Source of the DNA: an uncultured cyanobacterium
GTDB lineage: Bacteria > Cyanobacteriota > Cyanobacteriia > Cyanobacteriales > CAWUOF01
Length of the DNA stretch: 32,000 nucleotides
NCBI GenBank assembly: GCA_963744145.1
Contig: CAVUSO010000001.1
Coordinates: 5,394,500-5,426,499, forward strand
Direction: 5' to 3'
This document shows, one piece after another, positions 8,067 through 14,511 of this stretch. Numbering within the stretch: position 1 is the stretch's first letter; each line of letters starts with the position of its first letter. The notes beneath the pieces are model-generated. The model was not told where the DNA came from. It ran no database searches and saw nothing but the letters and a program-made list of their open reading frames with translations. The translations under genes were made by a program, and so were the position numbers.

Positions 8067-8618
8067 CTAGTTAGAAGAATAAAGCGAAGTAGCAGTTTCC
8101 TGTGATGAAATATTAGGTTTCTGTGATTCTTTAAAAGGATTAATCCAGTCCCAAGCGTTCTTGGCAACAAAACCAACACCAACAGCAGTTGCTACAGGAA
8201 CCGCAGCTGAGACTGCTAATCCAGCAACCATTCCACCACCTACAATGCTACCAATTGCCGCTAAACCCGAAGTTACTCCAGCAGCACTTAGTCCAATTAC
8301 TGAACCCGTACCTGAAACTGCTGTAATCGTAGCCATAGCTCCACCTACAGCTCCACCTACAGCTCCAATTCCAGCAGCTATAAGGTTACTATTGTCCGTT
8401 ACAGGAGGATCAACGTGTTTAACTGGTGTGGAAGAATTATTAATAGTCACATTAGTCACATTAACTTGCGTACATTCCGTGTGACTCATTTTGTCAGAAG
8501 AACAGTTAAGAGTTTCAGCCCAAGCATCGCTATAGGGTAAGGTAAACTGAATAGTTACCAAAAATATAGTCAGAGTCATAACTGCAACTAACCGATGCCA
8601 AAAGCTTTTTGATTGCAT
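8067..8618 (-). CDS. Secreted protein with long Gly/Ala-zipper hydrophobic domain
   Basis: Signal-peptide-like N-terminus ending SDAWA. Then an ~75-aa G/A/V/S-rich stretch (AAGIGAVGGAVGGAMATITAVSGTGSVIGLSAAGVTSGLAAIGSIVGGGMVAGLAV...) with GxxxG spacing. Confidence 0.6.
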   Translation of the reverse strand: MQSKSFWHRLVAVMTLTIFLVTIQFTLPYSDAWAETLNCSSDKMSHTECTQVNVTNVTINNSSTPVKHVDPPVTDNSNLIAAGIGAVGGAVGGAMATITAVSGTGSVIGLSAAGVTSGLAAIGSIVGGGMVAGLAVSAAVPVATAVGVGFVAKNAWDWINPFKESQKPNISSQETATSLYSSN

Positions 8619-8769
8619 AACTTTTTCCTGTTATTTGCTAATACGAATTACTTAGTTTACTGATAATTTTATTATATAAAATTTAGTTTTGACAACTCAA
8701 AATAGTCTGATTTAGTACCCAATTTTTTTTAAATCCTAAACCAATTTAGTAGAATTTGGTAGAATTTGG

Positions 8770-8799
8770 TTGACAAGATAGGATTTGGTAGGATATAGT
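8770..8799 (+). promoter_or_regulatory. Putative sigma70-type promoter (TTGACA-N18-TATAGT) embedded in ~10-bp direct repeats, upstream of the STAND gene
   Basis: TTGACA at 8770-8775 and TATAGT at 8794-8799. Flanking repeats are tagaatttggt (8750-8760, 8760-8770) and taggatttggt (8779-8789). Confidence 0.35.
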
Positions 8800-8826
8800 T
8801 CAATAAATCTCACTCAACGCTGACCC

Positions 8827-10209
8827 ATGAATATTGAAGATATTTTACAATGGGCTGACAATTTGATTGTTGAAAAAACGGGAGAAAATCTCACACCCAT
8901 ACATGAAGCAATACTAACGGGTGTTTGGCAAAGACAAAAATATTCTCAAATTGCTCAAGATTTCCATTGTAGTGAATCTCACATTAAAAAAGAAGCGGCT
9001 AAGTTATGGGAAAAGCTGGGTGAGGAATTAGGAGAAGATCTCAATAAATATAATTTTCTTTCCAAGTTAGAGAAAAAGCATAGGGTTTCGCAAGGATCTA
9101 ATTTTGGTTACTGCGTACAAATTAATGAGGGAAGTATTAATATTTGTGGTGAATGTTTACATTCTTTGAACAATTTACAAACGCGATCGCCCTCTCCCCC
9201 TGATTCTCCCCAAACCAAAAATGAATTTCCGCTCATCGATTTAACAGAAGCACCCGAATTAAATTGCCATGCCGATCGCACCTCAGAACTCTCCACCCTC
9301 AAACAATGGATTTTACAACACACTCGTCTAATTACTATCTACGGTTTAAGTGGAATTGGCAAAAGCGCGATCGCTCTCAAACTGATCGAACAAATCCAAA
9401 CTGAATTTGATTATATCATCTGGCAAAGTCTCAATAACACACCTACCCTTTTAACTCTCCAAACCAAACTCAAACAATTTTTTTCCCAATCCCAACCAAC
9501 TCCATTACCCACATTTATCGATTATTTTCGCACCTCACGCTGTTTAGTAATTCTTGATGATTTGCAAAACATCTTTAAATCTGGTGAATTAGCTGGTCAA
9601 TATTTAACGGACTATGAAGACTATGGCAAATTTTTTCAACAAATTGCCACATCATCTCACCCAAGTTGTTTAATTCTCCTCAGTTGGGAAAAACCCAGAG
9701 AAATTACTGCTTTAGAAGCAGTGAACAGTTCCACCCAAACTTTACAGCTCAAAGGTTTAGGGGAACAATCCACAGAAATTTTAGCGAGAAAAGGATTAAC
9801 AGATCAGGAAAAATGGTCAGAATTAATTACTCTTTATCAAGGTCATCCTTTCTGGCTAAATATCATCGCTGCCACAATTTGGGAATTATTTGATGGGAGT
9901 GTATCTCTATTTTTAGCCGATGGAACTGATTTATTTTTAGGTGATTTATCACCAATTTTAGCAGCTCAATTAGAGCGGTTATCAACATCAGAAAAACAGG
10001 CGCTGTACTGGTTAGCTAGTCAAATTGAATCTATCGATATTTCTCAAAAATTTGCTGATTGCAATTTATCCAAACCTGAATTATGGTCAGCTATCCAATC
10101 TTTATCCAGACGTAGTTTAGTTGAAAAAGTGTCAGGAGAAGGGCGATCGATGTTTCACGTTAATTCCGTATTCAAAGCCTATATTCAGTCCCAAATAAAT
10201 CTGATCTAA
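8827..10209 (+). CDS. STAND NTPase: N-terminal sigma70-r4/LuxR-like HTH + NB-ARC-like P-loop module, no C-terminal repeat sensor
   Basis: N-terminus LTPIHEAILTGVWQRQKYSQIAQDFHCSESHIKKEAAKLWEKLGEELG is the HTH type common on cyanobacterial NACHT/NB-ARC proteins. Walker A is YGLSGIGKS, Walker B is CLVILDD. LILLSWEKPRE, a GHPFWLNIIA (GLPL-like) motif and a winged-helix-like end are present. Confidence 0.85.
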   Translation: MNIEDILQWADNLIVEKTGENLTPIHEAILTGVWQRQKYSQIAQDFHCSESHIKKEAAKLWEKLGEELGEDLNKYNFLSKLEKKHRVSQGSNFGYCVQINEGSINICGECLHSLNNLQTRSPSPPDSPQTKNEFPLIDLTEAPELNCHADRTSELSTLKQWILQHTRLITIYGLSGIGKSAIALKLIEQIQTEFDYIIWQSLNNTPTLLTLQTKLKQFFSQSQPTPLPTFIDYFRTSRCLVILDDLQNIFKSGELAGQYLTDYEDYGKFFQQIATSSHPSCLILLSWEKPREITALEAVNSSTQTLQLKGLGEQSTEILARKGLTDQEKWSELITLYQGHPFWLNIIAATIWELFDGSVSLFLADGTDLFLGDLSPILAAQLERLSTSEKQALYWLASQIESIDISQKFADCNLSKPELWSAIQSLSRRSLVEKVSGEGRSMFHVNSVFKAYIQSQINLI

Positions 10210-10268
10210 CCTCTGGATAGTTGCACGACATTGAAAAGCAATTAAACTATAGAATTACTTTTTTCAAT

Positions 10269-10853
10269 TTATGACATCAACAATTTCATCAAATCATTCA
10301 CGGCATCATATTGATCAGACATCCGCGAATAAAATTCGATCAATCTCAAATCTAACTCTGGCAAAAGTTCACTCTTACTTACCAATTCATATCCGGTAGA
10401 ACGCAAACAATAAACTGAAATCACTCCATCTTCCCAGAACCAAACTTCCCCTACTCCCACTCGTCGATAAATTTCTAGTGTATCAATTCCACCACTAGTT
10501 ACTACTATCTCGATCGCCAAATCTGGAATTGACTTCTTTCTATCCAAACAATAAGACTCATCAGGTTCTTTCCTTGCCCCCAATTCCTTCATTCCAATCG
10601 TTGTACTACCACTTGCATAAAAACGAATGTTTTTTATTCGCATATATATTTCTAAAAGCTGACATAAAGTCTTTTTTGGTTCTTCATGAGCATCAGATAA
10701 GGGAGCCATAATTTCTAAATATCCATCTAAATAAGTTAAACGTGCGCCTGTTTTTGCTAACTCTACATCCAGCTTTTCCAAAGTCTCCCAGGTCAGATTT
10801 GACAGTAATGCTCCACTTTGACCTAATTCTATTTGAGAAGTTGCAATAACCAT
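10269..10853 (-). CDS. Uma2-family (DUF820) endonuclease
   Basis: LTYLDGYLEIMAPLSDAHEE...EPDESY...PDLAIEIVVTSGG...GVGEVWFWE is the typical Uma2 core. Near-duplicate of 13794-14378. Confidence 0.85.
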   Translation of the reverse strand: MVIATSQIELGQSGALLSNLTWETLEKLDVELAKTGARLTYLDGYLEIMAPLSDAHEEPKKTLCQLLEIYMRIKNIRFYASGSTTIGMKELGARKEPDESYCLDRKKSIPDLAIEIVVTSGGIDTLEIYRRVGVGEVWFWEDGVISVYCLRSTGYELVSKSELLPELDLRLIEFYSRMSDQYDAVNDLMKLLMS

Positions 10854-10973
10854 CTGATTTACCGTTGATAATCATTTTTTCAGTATAGCTAATTTTTGGT
10901 ACGATCGCACATCTTAACCCCAAATAAGGATTAATTAGTTAAACTAGAGTAATCAAAATAGAGGAAACGCAGG

Positions 10974-11501
10974 ATGGTACAAAAATTACCAACCCCAACT
11001 CAACCAGAGGTCATTTACCCGGATGATGATGGTCTACCCATGTCAAATCATACTGAACAATTTCGTTGGATCGTCATTATTAAGGAAAATTTAGAGCTGT
11101 TATTTGCTAAATCGACGGAAGTATTTGTCGCGGGAGACTTGCTCTGGTATCCGGTAGAAGGAGATAACACAATTCGTCAAGCACCAGATGTGATGGTCGT
11201 GTTTGGGAGACCAAAAGGAAGAAGAGGTTCCTATCAACAATGGTTAGAAAATCACATCGTGCCCCAGGTGGTATTTGAAATTTTATCTCCAGGAAATCGC
11301 CGACTAGAGATGGTCAATCGCGCTGATGTTGAAGCTGAGTATCAAATCGTGCTTAAGGAAGCTGAAGAACTGCGGCTGTATTATGAAAAAAAGAATCGCG
11401 ATTTGATTGCGAGAATTGCGGCGCAATCACCACAACCAGGAACCGAGGCTGCATGGGAAAAACTGCGAGCAGCTAAGGCTAAGTTTAAGTCTGAACTATA
11501 G
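10974..11501 (+). CDS. Chimeric ORF: first ~113 codons of the Uma2 gene (copy of 6669-) fused in frame to the last ~60 codons of the DUF433 gene (copy of 5806-5991)
   Basis: Residues 1-113 are nearly identical to 6669-7490 and the upstream 50 nt is also duplicated. After ...GNRRLEM the sequence switches to VNRADVEAEYQIVLKEAEELRLYYEKKNRDLIARIAAQSPQPGTEAAWEKLRAAKAK, matching the DUF433 protein tail. Confidence 0.6.
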   Translation: MVQKLPTPTQPEVIYPDDDGLPMSNHTEQFRWIVIIKENLELLFAKSTEVFVAGDLLWYPVEGDNTIRQAPDVMVVFGRPKGRRGSYQQWLENHIVPQVVFEILSPGNRRLEMVNRADVEAEYQIVLKEAEELRLYYEKKNRDLIARIAAQSPQPGTEAAWEKLRAAKAKFKSEL

Positions 11502-11554
11502 TTTTTTATCCCAAAGTATGATAGAGTTAGTGTGTCAAAAAATAATTAAATACT

Positions 11555-11995
11555 ATGACTATTGAAAATCTGGAAGCTGAGGTTCTTGCACTTCCACAAG
11601 ACTCTCAAGTAATATTGCTCTCGCGACTCCTAAAACACTTGGGACAAAGTAGGGAAATTGATCCAGAAGTTGCATCTAGCTGGGGTGAGGAAGCCCAAAG
11701 ACGCGATCGCGAAATGGATAGTGGTGAAGTTACTGGCATTCCGGCTGAACAAGTCTTTGATAAACGGGGTAAAGAACTTTATGAAAATGTGATCCGCGCT
11801 CAAGTAGAAACACCGGAGAATATTGGCAAGATTGTTTCAATTAATGTGGAGACGGGTGAATATGAAATTGGTGAAGACTTGGTAGTAACGAGTCGCAAAT
11901 TACAGGCTAAACAGGCTAATGCAATAATTTGGGCGGAACGGATTGGTTTTGATGCGGTTTATGCTGTTGGTGGTACATTGGTCAGGACTGCATAA
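11555..11995 (+). CDS. Fusion protein: putative addiction-module component (TIGR02574-like) N-terminal domain + small partner domain of clan AA protease genes
   Basis: Residues 1-70, LEAEVLALPQDSQVILLSRLL...DPEVASSWGEEAQRRDREMDSGEVTGIPAEQVF, match the TIGR02574 pattern. The remainder (IGKIVSINVETGEYEIGEDLVVTSRKLQAKQANAIIWAERIG) resembles 25376-25693. The stop abuts the protease start codon. Confidence 0.65.
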   Translation: MTIENLEAEVLALPQDSQVILLSRLLKHLGQSREIDPEVASSWGEEAQRRDREMDSGEVTGIPAEQVFDKRGKELYENVIRAQVETPENIGKIVSINVETGEYEIGEDLVVTSRKLQAKQANAIIWAERIGFDAVYAVGGTLVRTA

Positions 11996-12370
11996 ATGAT
12001 GCAAGGAAATGTAGTTGGGCGACAAGCTAGAATTAGTTTAACTTTGCGTCTGCCAGAAAATTCAGATATAGAAATTGAGTGTGTTGTTGATACAGGTTTT
12101 GAAGGTTTCTTGACTTTGCCATCGACTGCGATTGCTAAACTTGCGTTGCCTGATCTTGGACAAATTAATGCAAAGTTAGCTGATCATTCTAATGTGGCAA
12201 CTAACGTTTATTTGGCAACGATTTTGTGGAATGGTGTAGAAAAAGATGTTGCAGTGCTAGGAATGGGTCGTCGTCCGCTCATTGGGACTGCACTACTTGA
12301 AGATTATCATCTCAGTATAGACTTCTGTGATGGTGGTACGGTTCTTGTCGATGATATTTTGCGATCGTGA
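11996..12370 (+). CDS. Clan AA retropepsin-like aspartic protease (DTGF / AF_0612-type family)
   Basis: Active-site motif VVDTGFEGFLTLP, ~124 aa, with LIGTALLEDY near the C-terminus as in single-domain retropepsin-like proteases. Confidence 0.8.
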   Translation: MMQGNVVGRQARISLTLRLPENSDIEIECVVDTGFEGFLTLPSTAIAKLALPDLGQINAKLADHSNVATNVYLATILWNGVEKDVAVLGMGRRPLIGTALLEDYHLSIDFCDGGTVLVDDILRS

Positions 12371-12539
12371 GTGAGGAGGAATTTGATTGTAATTTTGGGT
12401 GCGATCGCAATTTGATTACCAACAGATATAGGGTGTGTCACCTGCGATAATTAATCGTATTAGTCAAAAATTGCCAGGTGACATACCCTACTACTAATTG
12501 CCAAAACATTAGTATTTTCATCTTTCATCTTTCATCTCA

Positions 12540-13268
12540 TCAAACTAGAGCTAAGAGAGCACCAATATTTTTTTTGACTTTATTTTCCTCTTCTAATCGT
12601 TTTTGTCTCTCTTTTCTTTCCGCTTCTTCTCTTTCTAATCTCTCTTTCCTTTTTCTTTCGTCTTTAGTTACTTCACGATAAATCAAATAACCAGCGCCAC
12701 CAACAGCAGCCGCTCCAATTACCCAAGGTGCAGCAGCTCTTGGTGCTGCTCCTAAACCAGCAGCACCAAGAGCACCTTCACCCGAATTATGTCTATGAGG
12801 TGCATGATAGTGAGGCTGATGGGAATGTTTGTGATTAGATAAGTGACTGGAAGTTGAAGGTGCATATACCCTCTGCCAAAAGTACCATCCACAGTAAGGT
12901 AAGTGTCCTCTTGGTCCATTACCTTCCCAAAAAAAGATATCGTCATAGCTTAACCAAGAATCTCCTTTATACCATCCTACATTGGTAATAAACTGTTGAT
13001 AATTTTCCCGGTTATAGATGTCTTTTTGTGTGCTAAAGCCAAAGTGAGAACTACGATCTAGCCATAGCTGGTCGATTTCTTTAATTTCTTTGTCCAGGCA
13101 GTTATCAATATCTAAATATAAATAACTACCATCTTTTCGAGAAGATATTTTGAGCATCAAAACTTTGGTCAGTTGATCAGCTTCTTTCCACAGATTTGCT
13201 GCTAGTTTTTCCTTTAGCAAAGTCATTAATTGCGCTTGACCTTGATCGGCATATTCACTATAAGACAT
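12540..13268 (-). CDS. GUN4-domain protein with His-rich linker, Gly/Ala TM segment and Lys/Glu-rich tail
   Basis: WKEADQLT...IKEIDQLWLDRSSHFGFSTQKDIY...FITNVGWY...GPRGHLP matches the GUN4 porphyrin-binding domain pattern. Then HLSNHKHSHQPHYHAPHRHN, then WVIGAAAVGGAGYLIY, then KDERKRKERLEREEAERKERQKRLEEE. Confidence 0.7.
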   Translation of the reverse strand: MSYSEYADQGQAQLMTLLKEKLAANLWKEADQLTKVLMLKISSRKDGSYLYLDIDNCLDKEIKEIDQLWLDRSSHFGFSTQKDIYNRENYQQFITNVGWYKGDSWLSYDDIFFWEGNGPRGHLPYCGWYFWQRVYAPSTSSHLSNHKHSHQPHYHAPHRHNSGEGALGAAGLGAAPRAAAPWVIGAAAVGGAGYLIYREVTKDERKRKERLEREEAERKERQKRLEEENKVKKNIGALLALV

Positions 13269-13355
13269 AAAAAATCCCCCAATTTAGTCAAGCCCACTGG
13301 TGTTGTATTCACTAATTTTATTTTGTGCGTTTTAGCTTTGACAACTCCAAACCGT

Positions 13356-13745
13356 GCAATATTAATATTTGTAATGAATTTGTACAAACTATTGAAGATA
13401 CAAAAACGCGCTCGCTATCTCCCCCAAACTCTCCCCAAACCCAAAATCAATCCCCCATAATCGACTTAACAGACGCGCCCGACTTCCCTGACTACTACGA
13501 TCGCACCTCAGAACTCTCCACCCTCAAACAATGGATTTTACAACAACACACTCGTCTGATTACTATCTATGGCTTAAGTGGAATTGGTAAAAGCGCGATC
13601 GCTCTCAAAGTGATCGAACAAATCTAAACTGAATTTGATTATCTGAGCTGGAAAAGTGCCAGGAGAAGGGCGATCGATGTTTCACGTTAATTCCGTATTC
13701 AAAGCCTATATTCAGTCCCAATTAAATCGGCTCTAACCTCTGGAT
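13356..13745 (+). pseudogene. Decayed duplicate of the STAND NTPase gene (lacks the HTH region, has an internal ~0.7-kb deletion and a premature stop)
   Basis: 13356-13640 parallels 9133-9417, including the P-loop YGLSGIGKSAIALK. 13650-13745 parallels the last ~100 nt of 8827-10209 and its 3' flank. A stop follows ...VIEQI. Confidence 0.75.
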
Positions 13746-13793
13746 AGTTTCACCCCAAAAAAGCAATTAAACCACAGAATTGCTAGGATCAAT

Positions 13794-14378
13794 TTATGGC
13801 ATCAACAATTTCATAAAATCATTCACGGCATCATATTGATCAGACATCCGCGAATAAAATTCGATCAATCTCAAATCTAACTCTGGCAAAAGTTCACTCT
13901 TACTTACCAATTCATATCCAGTAGAACGCAAACAATAAACTGAAATCACTCCATCTTCCCAAAACCAAACTTCCCCTACTCCCACTCGTCGATAAATTTC
14001 TAATGTATCAATTCCACCGCTTGTTACTATCACTTCAATTGCTAAATCTGGAACTGACTTTCTTGTACCCAAACAATAAGACTCATCAGGTTCTTTCCTT
14101 GCTCCCAATTCCTTCATTCCAATTGTTGTACTACCACGTCCATAAAAACGAATGTTTTTTATTCGCATATAGATCTCTAAAATCTGACCTAAAGTATTTT
14201 TCGGTTCTTCATGAGCATCAGATAAGGGAGCCATAATTTCTAAATAGCCATCTAAATAAGTTAAACGTGCGCCAGTTTCTGCTAACTCTACATCCAACTT
14301 TTCCAAAGTCTCCCAGGTCACATTTGACAGTAATGCTCCACTTTTACCTAATGGTTTTTGAGAAGTTGCGATAACCAT
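13794..14378 (-). CDS. Uma2-family (DUF820) endonuclease (paralog of 10269-10853)
   Basis: 194 aa, roughly 90% identical by eye to 10269-10853. The C-terminal ~75 residues are almost identical between the copies. Confidence 0.85.
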   Translation of the reverse strand: MVIATSQKPLGKSGALLSNVTWETLEKLDVELAETGARLTYLDGYLEIMAPLSDAHEEPKNTLGQILEIYMRIKNIRFYGRGSTTIGMKELGARKEPDESYCLGTRKSVPDLAIEVIVTSGGIDTLEIYRRVGVGEVWFWEDGVISVYCLRSTGYELVSKSELLPELDLRLIEFYSRMSDQYDAVNDFMKLLMP

Positions 14379-14454
14379 CTGATTTACCGTTGATAACCAC
14401 TGTTTAAGTATAGCTAATTTTTAGTGCGATCGCCATTTTCATTCCTTAGTATAA

Positions 14455-14488
14455 TTAATAAAAAACGGGCATATAAATATACGCCCGG
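14455..14488 (-). terminator. Rho-independent terminator candidate downstream of glmM
   Basis: On the minus strand, hairpin CCGGGCGTATATTTATATGCCCG is followed by TTTTTTATT, about 24 nt after the glmM stop. Confidence 0.5.
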
Positions 14489-14511
14489 ATCACAACTTAC
14501 TGAAAAAAACC

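Noticed and set aside
8161-8484. 107-aa plus-strand ORF rich in A/T/P, opposite the Gly-zipper gene
   Set aside because: It is a mirror artefact of the GGN/GCN-rich coding strand. It has no start context or signal, whereas the minus-strand ORF has a signal peptide and a coherent architecture.
12478-12681. 67-aa plus-strand ORF rich in S/F/L, opposite the K/E-rich tail of the GUN4 gene
   Set aside because: It is the antisense reading of the GAA/AAG-rich coding sequence. The same reasoning applies to 12752-12946 and 13230-13460.
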